Below are positions 1-8,907 of a stretch of DNA of 41,034 nt, piece by piece. The notes under the pieces are model-generated. The model worked only from the letters and a program-made list of their open reading frames with translations. It was not told where the DNA came from and did no database searches. A program made the translations under genes and the position numbers. The DNA comes from Candidatus Microgenomates bacterium (lineage in GTDB: Bacteria > Patescibacteriota > Dojkabacteria > SC72): NCBI GenBank assembly GCA_012797935.1, contig JAAZOC010000052.1:1-41034 (forward strand), given 5' to 3'. Within the stretch, counting starts at the first letter, position 1; each line of letters opens with the position of its first letter.

Positions 1-198
1 CAGTTCTATGTAAGAACTGCAGATGTTACAGGAGAAGTTGTATTACCAGAGGGTGTTGAAATGATTGCACCAGGGGACAATACTGAGTTTACAGTAAAGT
101 TGGTATCACCAGTAGCTATTGAGAAAGGTGTATCTTTCGCAATTAGAGAAGGTGGTCAGACTGTTGGACAGGGTGTTGTAACAGAAGTTATTAAGTAA
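1..198 (+). CDS. tuf: Elongation factor Tu, C-terminal end (5' part lies outside the window)
   Basis: Frame 1 is open from base 1 to TAA at 196-198. It translates ...[22 protein letters not shown], the conserved EF-Tu domain-3 terminus. It sits directly upstream of rpsJ. Confidence 0.9.
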   Translation, partial: QFYVRTADVTGEVVLPEGVEMIAPGDNTEFTVKLVSPVAIEKGVSFAIREGGQTVGQGVVTEVIK

Positions 199-208
199 GA
201 TGATGATG

Positions 209-235
209 CTCGAGGGTAGCATAGCTACCCTCGAG
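209..235 (+). terminator. Strong hairpin after tuf (terminator or attenuator-like)
   Basis: 12-bp perfect stem ctcgagggtagc / gctaccctcgag with a 3-nt loop, 11 nt after the tuf stop. The downstream tract is only AT-rich (atatataattt), not a clean T-run. Confidence 0.4.
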
Positions 236-266
236 ATATATAATTTAATTTAGCTCTTTTAAGTAA

Positions 267-578
267 ATGGCAAATCAAACAGCGAAAATTCGAGTGAAGT
301 TGAAAGGTTATGATTCTGTTGTTGTTGATAATTCTGCTAAAAGCATAATTGAGACTGCTATCAGTACTGGAGCCAAGGTTGCTGGCCCAATACCTTTGCC
401 AACTAAGAGAAGACAAGTTGCTGTTAACAGGTCTCCGTTTATTTACAAGAGCTCAGTTGAACATTTTGAGATAAACACTCATAAAAGGATAATAGATATA
501 ATAGATCCTACTCCTAAGACAATAGATGCTTTACAGCATTTACAAATGCCTGCAGGTGTAGATATCGGAATACAATAA
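267..578 (+). CDS. rpsJ: 30S ribosomal protein S10
   Basis: 103 aa with IRVKLKGYD...LPTKRR...[24 protein letters not shown]. It is the first gene of the S10 operon order. Confidence 0.97.
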   Translation: MANQTAKIRVKLKGYDSVVVDNSAKSIIETAISTGAKVAGPIPLPTKRRQVAVNRSPFIYKSSVEHFEINTHKRIIDIIDPTPKTIDALQHLQMPAGVDIGIQ

Positions 579-593
579 TAGAAATATATAAAT

Positions 594-1172
594 ATGAAAG
601 CAGTAATAGGAATAAAAAAAGGAATGACAAGAGTTTTTAAGGGAGACAAAGTCTTACCAGTATCAGTTATTGATATAACTGGTTGTACTCTTTCTTATTT
701 AGAAAAAGACGGTTTTGAACTAGGTCTTGGAGAGTCCAAGAAAGCTAATAAAGCTTTAACAGGTAAATACAAAGCTTTGAAAGCTGTTCCTGGAAAAAGA
801 GAGTATTTTAAAGGATCTTTAGATGAAAAGAATATTGGTGATGCTGTAGAAGCTGAGATCTTTAATGTTGGAGATAAGGTAAATGTATCAGGTGTTTCTA
901 AAGGTAAGGGATTCGCAGGTGTTGTTAAGAGATGGGGTTTCCATGGAGGTCCAAAAACTCACGGTCAATCAGATAGATTGAGAGCTCCAGGTTCTATTGG
1001 TGCAGGTACTGATCCTGGTAGAGTTTTGAAAGGTACAAGAATGGGTGGAAGAAAAGGCCAAGATGTTATTACTCTTAAAGATAGAGAAATTGTTGATATT
1101 AAAGATAATCATTTGTTAATACTTGGACCAGTTCCTGGTTCGAAGGGTGACTTAATTAGAATATATGAATAA
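594..1172 (+). CDS. rplC: 50S ribosomal protein L3
   Basis: Contains GKGFAGVVKRWGFHGGPKTHGQSDRLRAPGSIG. Synteny is S10-L3-L4. Confidence 0.97.
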   Translation: MKAVIGIKKGMTRVFKGDKVLPVSVIDITGCTLSYLEKDGFELGLGESKKANKALTGKYKALKAVPGKREYFKGSLDEKNIGDAVEAEIFNVGDKVNVSGVSKGKGFAGVVKRWGFHGGPKTHGQSDRLRAPGSIGAGTDPGRVLKGTRMGGRKGQDVITLKDREIVDIKDNHLLILGPVPGSKGDLIRIYE

Positions 1173-1797
1173 TAAGATGGAAAAAGTATCTAAAAAGAAA
1201 ACAGAAAAAGTTGTAGAAAAGAAAATCTCTTTGGATTTAAATCCATCAGTATGGGAAGTTCCTTACAATGAAGATTTGATTGCTCAAGTTTTGTATATCT
1301 ACAATAGTAATGAAAGAAAAGGTTCTGCAAATGTAAAATCAAGAGGAGATGTTTCTGGTGGTGGTAAAAAACCATGGAAGCAGAAAGGTACTGGAAGAGC
1401 AAGACAAGGTTCTACAAGATCTCCAATCTGGGTTGGTGGTGGTGTTACTTTCGCATCAAATGATAAAAACTATACTAAGAGATTGAATAAAAAAGTTGCA
1501 AAGAAAGCTGTTTGTATGATGCTTTCTCTAAGATTGCAGAATAAAGAATTAGAATTCTCAACTCTTTCATCTATGGATTTGAAGAAATTTAGAGATGAGA
1601 TAGCTAAAAACTCTAAGAAGAAAGTTCTTTTAGTTTCTGATAATAAAGAAGTTGACAAATATTTAAGAAATGTTGAAAAAGTTTATATTGTAGATCCTTC
1701 AAAATTAAATGCAAAGCATTTAGTTGCTCATAGAAACATATTTGTGGATCAAGATAATGTTAAAGTTATTGAGGAAAGGTTAACAAATGGAAAATAA
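1165..1797 (+). CDS. rplD: 50S ribosomal protein L4
   Basis: Contains GGGKKPWKQKGTGRARQGSTRSPIWVGGGV. The start ATG at 1165 overlaps the rplC stop as ATGAATAA. An alternative ATG at 1177 cannot be excluded. Confidence 0.93.
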   Translation: MNNKMEKVSKKKTEKVVEKKISLDLNPSVWEVPYNEDLIAQVLYIYNSNERKGSANVKSRGDVSGGGKKPWKQKGTGRARQGSTRSPIWVGGGVTFASNDKNYTKRLNKKVAKKAVCMMLSLRLQNKELEFSTLSSMDLKKFRDEIAKNSKKKVLLVSDNKEVDKYLRNVEKVYIVDPSKLNAKHLVAHRNIFVDQDNVKVIEERLTNGK

Positions 1798-2080
1798 AGT
1801 AATGAAAATAAAACCAGTAATATCTGAAAAAACATATGCAGCTGCTAATGCTTTGAATAAATATACATTCTTAGTAACCAGAGGTTTTAATAAAATAGAA
1901 GTAGGGAAAGCAATAGAAGCTAAATATAAAGTAAATATAGTAAGTAGCAATTCAACAGTTAGACCTGGTAAAGAGAAAAGAGATTGGAAAACATACAGAA
2001 CAAAAAGAAAACCAGATATGGTAAAAATGACATTTACTCTTAAAAAGGGTGATAAAATTGATGAATTTTTAAAGAACTAA
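1787..2080 (+). CDS. rplW: 50S ribosomal protein L23
   Basis: 97 aa lying between L4 and L2. Contains ISEKTY...KYTFLV...KIEVGKAIE..YKV. An alternative start at 1802 is possible. Confidence 0.9.
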   Translation: MENKVMKIKPVISEKTYAAANALNKYTFLVTRGFNKIEVGKAIEAKYKVNIVSSNSTVRPGKEKRDWKTYRTKRKPDMVKMTFTLKKGDKIDEFLKN

Positions 2081-2081
2081 T

Positions 2082-2933
2082 ATGGCAATAAGGAAATTTA
2101 AACCTACAACTTCTAGTAGAAGAAAAACAAGACTTGAAGATAGATCATCTCTAAGTAAGGAGAAAGGTCCAAAGAGTTTAACAATAAATAAAAAGAAAGT
2201 TTCAGGAAGAAACAATCAAGGTAAAATTACTGTTAGACATAGAGGTGGTGGTTTTAAGAGAAGAATTAGAATTGTTGACTTTAAGAGAGAAAAATTTGGA
2301 ATTCCAGCTAAAGTTGTTGGTTTCTTCTTTGATCCAAATAGAAGTGCATATCTTGCACTCTTGCAATATGCAGATGGAGAAAAGAGATATATAATTGCAC
2401 CTAGAGATTTGAAAGTTGGAAGTGAAATTGTTTCCGGAGAAAAAGTAGATGTACTAGTAGGAAATGCAATGAAGATAAAGAATATACCTTCTGGAACTGT
2501 TGTACACTGTGTAGAAAATGATCCTGGAAAAGGAGCAAAATATGCAAGATCAGCAGGTCAAGGAATAGTTGTTCAAGGTGTAGATCCAACTGGAAAATAT
2601 ATACAGTTGAAAATGTCATCTGGAGAAACAAGATTGGTATTTGGAGATAGCTTGGCTACGGTTGGACAGGTTGGAAATGAGGATAGATTGAATGTAAAAC
2701 TTGGAAAAGCAGGAAGAAAGAGGAACTTAGGTTGGAGACCAGAAGTAAGAGGTATGGCAATGCATGCTGTTGAACATCCACATGGTGGTGGAGAAGGTAA
2801 GGGCTCTATCGGTGGACCAGCTAAGGATATATGGGGTAATAGAATTGGTGTAAGAACAAGAAAGAATAGAAGAACTGAACCAATGATTATTAGAAGGAGA
2901 AGAACTAAAAATAGGCAATTTGCTAAAAAATAA
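2082..2933 (+). CDS. rplB: 50S ribosomal protein L2
   Basis: Contains RHRGGGFKRRIRIVDFKR and MHAVEHPHGGGEGK. Confidence 0.98.
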   Translation: MAIRKFKPTTSSRRKTRLEDRSSLSKEKGPKSLTINKKKVSGRNNQGKITVRHRGGGFKRRIRIVDFKREKFGIPAKVVGFFFDPNRSAYLALLQYADGEKRYIIAPRDLKVGSEIVSGEKVDVLVGNAMKIKNIPSGTVVHCVENDPGKGAKYARSAGQGIVVQGVDPTGKYIQLKMSSGETRLVFGDSLATVGQVGNEDRLNVKLGKAGRKRNLGWRPEVRGMAMHAVEHPHGGGEGKGSIGGPAKDIWGNRIGVRTRKNRRTEPMIIRRRRTKNRQFAKK

Positions 2934-2950
2934 ATTATTGATTAATTAGT

Positions 2951-3256
2951 ATGTCGAGATCACTAAAAAAAGGACCATATACAGACGAAAGATTGATGGA
3001 AAAAATAGCTAAGGCTAAAGCAGAGGGAAAAATGTCCCCTATTAAAACATGGGCAAGATCCTCTACTATTACACCTGAAATGGTTGGAATGAAATTTTTG
3101 GTTCACAATGGTAAAAAGCATGAAGAAGTATTAGTAATAGAATCAATGATTGGACATAGATTGGGAGAATTTGCACCTACTAGAAAGTTTAAAGGACATG
3201 CAAAGAAAGGTAAGCTCTCTAAGGTATACGGTAGTAGCGGTAGATTTGAAGAATAA
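2951..3256 (+). CDS. rpsS: 30S ribosomal protein S19
   Basis: Contains [10 protein letters not shown]...VHNGKKH...[18 protein letters not shown]. Confidence 0.97.
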   Translation: MSRSLKKGPYTDERLMEKIAKAKAEGKMSPIKTWARSSTITPEMVGMKFLVHNGKKHEEVLVIESMIGHRLGEFAPTRKFKGHAKKGKLSKVYGSSGRFEE

Positions 3257-3274
3257 TAATTAATTAAAAAAGAA

Positions 3275-3616
3275 ATGGAAGAAAAAATAGTAAAAGTAAA
3301 AGTAAATAATATCGCAGAATCACCTCTCAAATTGAGACTTGTAGCTGATGTTGTTAGAGGAAAAAGAGCAGATGAAGCATTGAACCTTGTTGAATTAGTT
3401 AACAAAAAAGGCTCATTATTTGTAAAGAAAGCTTTGCTATCCGGAATTGCTAATGCTAGAGATTTGTTTAGTGTTGATAAAGAAGATCTAATTGTTAAAT
3501 CAATATTTGTAGATGGAGCTTCTACTCTTAAAAGAACAAAGTTCAATTCAAGAGGAAGAGTTTCAAGAATAGATAAAAGAAGATCAAATCTTAATTTAGA
3601 ATTAAAAGTTAAGTAA
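3275..3616 (+). CDS. rplV: 50S ribosomal protein L22
   Basis: 113 aa with SPLKLRLVADVVRGKRADEAL. Synteny is S19-L22-S3. Confidence 0.93.
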   Translation: MEEKIVKVKVNNIAESPLKLRLVADVVRGKRADEALNLVELVNKKGSLFVKKALLSGIANARDLFSVDKEDLIVKSIFVDGASTLKRTKFNSRGRVSRIDKRRSNLNLELKVK

Positions 3617-3618
3617 TT

Positions 3619-4266
3619 ATGGGAAGAAAAGTAAATCCAATAGCAATAAGAATGGGTATAAACAAAACTTGGGGATCAGTTTGGTATGCAGATAAGAAAT
3701 CATTCCCAAAGATGCTTGCTCAAGATCTTTTGATTGAAAAGAAGGTTAGAGACACAATGAAAGATGCTGGTATTGATAGCATTAATATAAATAGAACTGT
3801 TAACAAAGTAGAAATCTTAGTATATGTAGCAAGACCAGGTGTTGCAATTGGAAGAGGTGGAGAAGGAATTGATCTATTACAGAAAGAATTAAAGAAATTA
3901 TTGAAACAAGATGCAGAATTAAAAGTTAGAGAAGTAAAGAAAGCTGACCTATCAGCAAGGATTGTTGCTAGATCTATAGCAGATGGTATCGAAAGAAGAC
4001 AACCATCAAAATTACTTGTTGAAAGTGCAAAAGAAAAAATAATGATGTCAGGAGCAAAAGGATTGAGAATATGGGTATCTGGAAGAATAAATAATGCAAG
4101 TCAAGCAAGAACAGTAAAAGCAACAGCAGGATCTGTTCCAGCACAGACATTAAGAGCAGATGTAGACTATGCACATGAGACAGCTAAGACAATGGACGCA
4201 GGTTTGATGGGTATAAAGGTTTGGATATACAAAGGTGAAAAAAATGATATAGATAGAGAAGAATAA
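3619..4266 (+). CDS. rpsC: 30S ribosomal protein S3
   Basis: Begins MGRKVNPIAIRMGI. Has a KH-like segment and GRINNASQAR. Confidence 0.97.
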   Translation: MGRKVNPIAIRMGINKTWGSVWYADKKSFPKMLAQDLLIEKKVRDTMKDAGIDSININRTVNKVEILVYVARPGVAIGRGGEGIDLLQKELKKLLKQDAELKVREVKKADLSARIVARSIADGIERRQPSKLLVESAKEKIMMSGAKGLRIWVSGRINNASQARTVKATAGSVPAQTLRADVDYAHETAKTMDAGLMGIKVWIYKGEKNDIDREE

Positions 4267-4288
4267 TATATATTAGTAAAGAAAAGAT

Positions 4289-4702
4289 ATGTTACAGCCT
4301 AAGAAAAGAAAATACCAAAAAGAATTCAGAGGAAAAATGGGAGGAGTTGCTTCTTCTAATAACAAGATAACCTTTGGTGAATATGGTTTGAAATCAATGG
4401 AAAATGGTTGGGTAAATGCTAGAGAAATAGAAGCTGCAAGAAGAGCAATGACTGGTTACACAAAGAGAAAAGGAAGAGTTTGGTTAAAGATCTTCCCTCA
4501 TAAGCCATATACTCAGAAATCAACAAACAGTAAAATGCTTGGAGGAAAAGGTGCAGTTGAAGGTTATGTAGCAGTAGTTATTCCTGGAACAATATTAGTA
4601 GAAATAGGTGGTGTTGATGAGAGAACAGCAAAAGAAGCTTTGAGATTAGCAGCTCACAAATTCTCTCTAAAAACTAAATTTACAACAAGAAAAGAAATAT
4701 AG
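4289..4702 (+). CDS. rplP: 50S ribosomal protein L16
   Basis: Contains MLQPKKRKYQKEFRG...ARE IEAARRAM. Confidence 0.97.
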   Translation: MLQPKKRKYQKEFRGKMGGVASSNNKITFGEYGLKSMENGWVNAREIEAARRAMTGYTKRKGRVWLKIFPHKPYTQKSTNSKMLGGKGAVEGYVAVVIPGTILVEIGGVDERTAKEALRLAAHKFSLKTKFTTRKEI

Positions 4703-4723
4703 CTTGAGTAAAGCTTTAATAAT

Positions 4724-4732
4724 TGGTAGAAT
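4724..4732 (+). promoter_or_regulatory. Possible internal extended -10 (TGgTAGAAT) in the rplP-rpsQ gap
   Basis: TG at 4724-4725 and TAGAAT at 4727-4732, 27 nt before the rpsQ ATG. This is a motif match only. Confidence 0.25.
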
Positions 4733-4759
4733 ACAAGCCGTTATTTAATTAGACACATT

Positions 4760-5014
4760 ATGGAAAAAGAAACAGTAAAAACAAGTAAAAGAAGAGAAGT
4801 CACAGGAATTGTTACAAGTAACAAGATGGATAAAGCTGTTAAAGTTGAGGTAGCATCTTCAGAAAGACACCCTCAATATTCAAAGATTGTAAAAAGAAAG
4901 AAAGTGTTTTTTGCACATACAAATGAAGAATTACAAATTGGTGACAAAGTAACTATAAGAGAATCAAGACCAATATCTAAAAAAATAAAATGGACCGTAA
5001 TTAATAAGAAATAA
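4760..5014 (+). CDS. rpsQ: 30S ribosomal protein S17
   Basis: 84 aa with [16 protein letters not shown]...[12 protein letters not shown]...IRESRPISK. Confidence 0.95.
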   Translation: MEKETVKTSKRREVTGIVTSNKMDKAVKVEVASSERHPQYSKIVKRKKVFFAHTNEELQIGDKVTIRESRPISKKIKWTVINKK

Positions 5015-5019
5015 ATATT

Positions 5020-5391
5020 ATGATACAGATAGGATCTAACTTAACAGTAGCAGATAATAGTGGAGCAAAGATAGTAAAGCTTGTTGGTATGCCTGGCTAC
5101 TCAAGAAGAAGATATTCATTAGTAGGAGATATTGTAACAGTAGCTGTTCAAAAATCTCTCCCTAATGCAGCTGTAAAAAGACATGAAGTTATGAAAGCAG
5201 TTGTCGTAAGAACAACAAAGGAATATAAGAGAAAAGATGGGACTTACATTAGATTTGATGATAATGCTGCTGTTATAGTTGAACCAAAGAACAAAGCTCC
5301 AAAAGGAACAAGAATATTTGGTCCTGTAGCAAGAGAGTTAAAAGAAAAGGGTTTTGATAAAATATTATCTTTAGCACCAGAAGTACTTTAG
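5020..5391 (+). CDS. rplN: 50S ribosomal protein L14
   Basis: Contains [17 protein letters not shown]...IRFDDNAAV. Confidence 0.98.
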   Translation: MIQIGSNLTVADNSGAKIVKLVGMPGYSRRRYSLVGDIVTVAVQKSLPNAAVKRHEVMKAVVVRTTKEYKRKDGTYIRFDDNAAVIVEPKNKAPKGTRIFGPVARELKEKGFDKILSLAPEVL

Positions 5392-5401
5392 TAATAAAAC
5401 T

Positions 5402-5782
5402 ATGAAGATTAAAAAAGGAGATACAGTAAAAATATTATACGGTAAGGACTCAGGAAAAAGAGGAGTTGTTGTTGCTGTTGATTTGAAGTCAGATAGACTT
5501 TTAGTAGAAGGTTTGAATCTTTACAAAAGACACTTAAAAGGTGATGGTAAAACAAGAACATCTGAAATAGTTATTGTAGAGAAACCATACCCTGTATCAA
5601 AAGTAATGTTGATCTGTCCTTCATGTGATAAAAGTACAAGAATTGGAATAAAGAAAGAAGGAGACAAAATATTAAGAGTATGTAAAAAATGTGGAAAAAC
5701 AGTTGAGCCAATTGTAAAAGAAGAAGTAAAAAAAGAAACAAAAAAGAAAACTAAATCAGTAAAGAAAGAAAACAATGAATAG
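5402..5782 (+). CDS. rplX: 50S ribosomal protein L24 (with CxxC...CxxC segment and Lys-rich tail)
   Basis: Contains the KOW-type segment KIKKGDTVKILYGKDSGKRGVV. Synteny is L14-L24-L5. Confidence 0.93.
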   Translation: MKIKKGDTVKILYGKDSGKRGVVVAVDLKSDRLLVEGLNLYKRHLKGDGKTRTSEIVIVEKPYPVSKVMLICPSCDKSTRIGIKKEGDKILRVCKKCGKTVEPIVKEEVKKETKKKTKSVKKENNE

Positions 5783-6329
5783 ACTATTAGAAGAATATAA
5801 CAACAGAATAAAGAAAGAAATGATGGATGAGATGGGATATAAGAATCCTATGGAAATTCCTACATTGAAAAAGATCGTTATAAACGTTGGTGCTGGAGAA
5901 GCTGTAGCAAATGGCTCCGCAATTGAAGAAATAGTACAAATGCTTACATTAATTTCAGGACAAAAGCCAGTTGTAAACAGAGCAAGAAAAGCAATCTCTT
6001 CTTTCAAAATTAGAAAAGATTTAGAAATAGGAGTTTCAGTTACTTTGAGAGGTGAAAGGATGTGGCATTTCTTTGATAAATTAGTGAATGTTGTCTTACC
6101 AAGAACAAAAGATTTCAGAGGAGTAAGTCCAAAGTCTTTTGATGGTGCAGGCAATTATTCTTTAGGAATAGATGATCATACAGTGTTTGTTGAAATTGAT
6201 TCTACAAATGTTACAAAGATAAGAGGTTTGGAAATAACAATTGTTACAAGCGCAAAAAATGATAAAGAAGGTAAGTTACTTTTAGATAAATTTGGATTCC
6301 CATTTAAGAAAGATGTCAACAAGAGCTAA
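5775..6329 (+). CDS. rplE: 50S ribosomal protein L5
   Basis: Contains [28 protein letters not shown]. The start overlaps the rplX stop as ATGAATAG. Confidence 0.95.
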   Translation: MNRLLEEYNNRIKKEMMDEMGYKNPMEIPTLKKIVINVGAGEAVANGSAIEEIVQMLTLISGQKPVVNRARKAISSFKIRKDLEIGVSVTLRGERMWHFFDKLVNVVLPRTKDFRGVSPKSFDGAGNYSLGIDDHTVFVEIDSTNVTKIRGLEITIVTSAKNDKEGKLLLDKFGFPFKKDVNKS

Positions 6330-6507
6330 AGAGTACAAAGCAAAAGAATTGAAAAAGAACTCTAAATTCTCATCTAGAGTGTATAACAGATGTGAGATAT
6401 GTGGTAGAGCAAGAGGATATATGAGACATTATGGAGTTTGTAGAATTTGTTTTAGAAAACTAGCTAGCGATGGTAAAATTGCTGGAGTAAAAAAATCAAT
6501 TTGGTAA
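6313..6507 (+). CDS. rpsN: 30S ribosomal protein S14, short zinc-binding (type Z) form
   Basis: Contains [23 protein letters not shown] prefer the ATG at 6313 (MSTRAKEYK...) over the track start at 6292, which would add 7 non-homologous residues. Confidence 0.9.
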   Translation: MSTRAKEYKAKELKKNSKFSSRVYNRCEICGRARGYMRHYGVCRICFRKLASDGKIAGVKKSIW

Positions 6508-6524
6508 TTTAATAAAAAAGAAAA

Positions 6525-6902
6525 ATGAACGATTTAATAGCAGATATGCTTACAAGAATACAAAATGCAATAATGAGAAAAAAGGAAACTGTTGATGTTT
6601 TGAATACAAAAATTAACAATGAAATCCTTAAAGTCTTGAAAAATGAAAAAATGATTGAAGATTACTCTGAAAACGGAAGATATATTGAAGTAAAACCTTT
6701 GTATGATAATAACGAACCAGTAATTACTCATTTGGAAAGAGTAAGTAAACCAGGACAGAGAATATATGTTTCTAAAAAAGAAATAAAGCCAATAATGAAC
6801 GGTAGAGGTATTTCTATAATAAGCACATCAAATGGTTTGTTCTCTGGAGCTATGGCAAAGAGTAAAGATCTAGGTGGTGAATTAATATGTAAAGTTTGGT
6901 AA
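6525..6902 (+). CDS. rpsH: 30S ribosomal protein S8
   Basis: Contains DLIADMLTRIQNA...GGELICKVW. Confidence 0.95.
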   Translation: MNDLIADMLTRIQNAIMRKKETVDVLNTKINNEILKVLKNEKMIEDYSENGRYIEVKPLYDNNEPVITHLERVSKPGQRIYVSKKEIKPIMNGRGISIISTSNGLFSGAMAKSKDLGGELICKVW

Positions 6903-6906
6903 TAAA

Positions 6907-7446
6907 ATGTCTAGAATAGGAAAAGAACCAGTAAAAATAGAAGAAGGAGTAGAAGTTACAATTACAGAAAAAGAAATCCTTGTTAAAGGTTCTTTGGGAG
7001 AAATAGCTTTTACATTACCAGAAGATATAGATGCAACAATTGAAGAAGGTCATGTCTTGGTAACAAGAAGAAATGATCTTAAACAATCTAAATCATTACA
7101 TGGTACATTTGCAAGACTTATTGCAAATGCTATTAATGGTGTAAAGAATGGTTTTAGCAAAACATTAGAATTGGTAGGTGTTGGATACAGAGCTAGGATG
7201 GATGGAGATAAATTAGTAATGAGCCTAGGTTGGAATCACCCTGTAATCATACAACCAGAAGAGGGAATCAAAATTGAAGTACCAGAAGAGACAAAAGTTG
7301 TTATAAAAGGATTTGATAAACAGAAAGTTGGTTTGTTTGCAGCAAAGATAAGAGAAATTAGAAAACCTGAACCTTACAAAGGAAAGGGAATTAGATACGA
7401 AGGTGAGTATATTAAGAGAAAAAGCTCTAAATCCAGTGTAGGATAA
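6907..7446 (+). CDS. rplF: 50S ribosomal protein L6
   Basis: Contains MSRIGKEPVKI...PEPYKGKGIRYEGE. Confidence 0.96.
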   Translation: MSRIGKEPVKIEEGVEVTITEKEILVKGSLGEIAFTLPEDIDATIEEGHVLVTRRNDLKQSKSLHGTFARLIANAINGVKNGFSKTLELVGVGYRARMDGDKLVMSLGWNHPVIIQPEEGIKIEVPEETKVVIKGFDKQKVGLFAAKIREIRKPEPYKGKGIRYEGEYIKRKSSKSSVG

Positions 7447-7469
7447 ATATAAGATATAAAATAAGACCT

Positions 7470-7796
7470 ATGGTTAAGAAAGACAGAAAACAAAGAAGAA
7501 TAAGAAGAAAATTACACATTAGAAAGAATGTTAGTGGAACTAGTACAAAACCAAGAATATTTGTTTTTAAAAGTAATAGGTTCTTCTATGCAGGTATTGC
7601 AGATGATGAGTCTAACAAAGTTGTTAAATCATTAATGGCAAAAAAGAACAGTAATGATATAATCACTATGGCAGCAGACTTTGCAAAAGAAGCTTCTAAA
7701 TTCGAATCATTGGTCTTTGATAGAAGTGGATACAGATACCATGGATTGATTAAAATATTTGCTGACGAATTAAGAAATAAAGGAGTTAAAATTTAG
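7470..7796 (+). CDS. rplR: 50S ribosomal protein L18
   Basis: Contains RKLHIRKNVSGTSTKPRIFVFKSN...FDRSGYRYHG. Confidence 0.93.
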   Translation: MVKKDRKQRRIRRKLHIRKNVSGTSTKPRIFVFKSNRFFYAGIADDESNKVVKSLMAKKNSNDIITMAADFAKEASKFESLVFDRSGYRYHGLIKIFADELRNKGVKI

Positions 7797-7805
7797 AAAA
7801 ATAAT

Positions 7806-8453
7806 ATGGAAGATAGATCAAACAAAAACAGAATAGACGGAAAATCTTTTGATAAGAGAACTCTTCCAATAAGAAGAGTTGCAAAAGTTACAAAAGGTGG
7901 AAAGAGATTGAGATTCAGTACAATTGTTATCGTTGGTGATAGAGCTGGAAGTGTTGGTGTAGCATTAGGTAGAGGTGCAGATGTCAAAAGTGCAGTTGAA
8001 CAAGGAGAAAGACTTGCTATTAAATCGATGAAAAAGATTGAATTAATAGGAGATACTATTCCTCACGAAATAACTCTTAAATATGGTGCTTCAAGAGTAC
8101 TTTTGAGACCAGCAAGACCTGGTACAGGTGTTATTGCAGGTTCTTCTGTTAGATTAGTATTAGAAATGGCAGGTGTTGATAATGTATATGGTAAAATATT
8201 AGGAAGCCCTGAATCAAATGGTAATGCATATTGTACATTTAGAGCATTAAAAGCATTGAGAAGTGGAAGAGTGTTGGAAAGAATGACAAAAATGAGAGAA
8301 AGAATTCAATTGAAAGAAGAATCAGATAAAGAAAAGAAGATAAAAGAAGAGAAGAGAAGAAAAGACAATAAGAAGAAAGGAAATGATTCTAGACAAAATA
8401 AGTTCCAGAAAAAAGATAGAAAACAAAATAATAAAGTTATAGATAAAAAATAA
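7806..8453 (+). CDS. rpsE: 30S ribosomal protein S5 with a K/E/R-rich C-terminal extension of about 55 aa
   Basis: Contains IRRVAKVTKGGKRLRFSTIVIVGDRAGSVGVALGRGADV. The tail reads KEESDKEKKIKEEKRRKDNKKKGNDSRQNKFQKKDRKQNNKVIDKK. Confidence 0.96.
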   Translation: MEDRSNKNRIDGKSFDKRTLPIRRVAKVTKGGKRLRFSTIVIVGDRAGSVGVALGRGADVKSAVEQGERLAIKSMKKIELIGDTIPHEITLKYGASRVLLRPARPGTGVIAGSSVRLVLEMAGVDNVYGKILGSPESNGNAYCTFRALKALRSGRVLERMTKMRERIQLKEESDKEKKIKEEKRRKDNKKKGNDSRQNKFQKKDRKQNNKVIDKK

Positions 8454-8896
8454 TGTATTTAGAAAATATTCCACAAAGAAAAAATAGAATAATGAAGGGT
8501 AAGAGAATCGGAAGAGGTTATGGATCTGGAGTTGGAGGTCATACAGTAGGTAGAGGTGCAAAAGGACAGAAATCAAGATCAGGTCATAAATCATTGGAAA
8601 GCTTCGAAGGTGGAAATGTACCATTCTTTAGAAGAATGCCTAAGTACAAGGGTTTTAATAACAAATTCAAAGTTGAAACTCAGGTTGTTAATACAGAAGT
8701 TTTAGCAAAGAATTTTGATAATGGAGAAACTGTTACAATTGATATCTTAAAAGAAAAAGGAATTATAAAAAAGAATGCTCAGAATGTTAAGATTCTAGCA
8801 AAAGGTGAAATTGAAAAGAAACTCAAAATAGAAGGAATTAACATGTCCCCTTCTGCTAGAGCAAAAATTGAAAAAGCAGGTGGGACTATAATATAG
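8453..8896 (+). CDS. rplO: 50S ribosomal protein L15
   Basis: Contains GRGYGSGVGGHTVGRGAKGQKSRSG. The ATG shares its A with the rpsE TAA (TAATG). Confidence 0.95.
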   Translation: MYLENIPQRKNRIMKGKRIGRGYGSGVGGHTVGRGAKGQKSRSGHKSLESFEGGNVPFFRRMPKYKGFNNKFKVETQVVNTEVLAKNFDNGETVTIDILKEKGIIKKNAQNVKILAKGEIEKKLKIEGINMSPSARAKIEKAGGTII

Positions 8897-8907
8897 TCTC
8901 TTGTCCA

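Noticed and set aside
3103-3546. 147-aa minus-strand ORF, one of many 60-150-aa antisense ORFs in the track. Others include 225-416, 1190-1402, 5756-6154, 8322-8624, 13067-13390, 13436-13792, 22353-22685, 27336-27788 and 31120-31530.
   Set aside because: All lie antisense to strongly recognisable genes. They have L/S/F/N-rich low-complexity translations, as expected from the reverse complement of K/E-rich AT-rich coding sequence. None has any motif I recognise. They are shadow ORFs.
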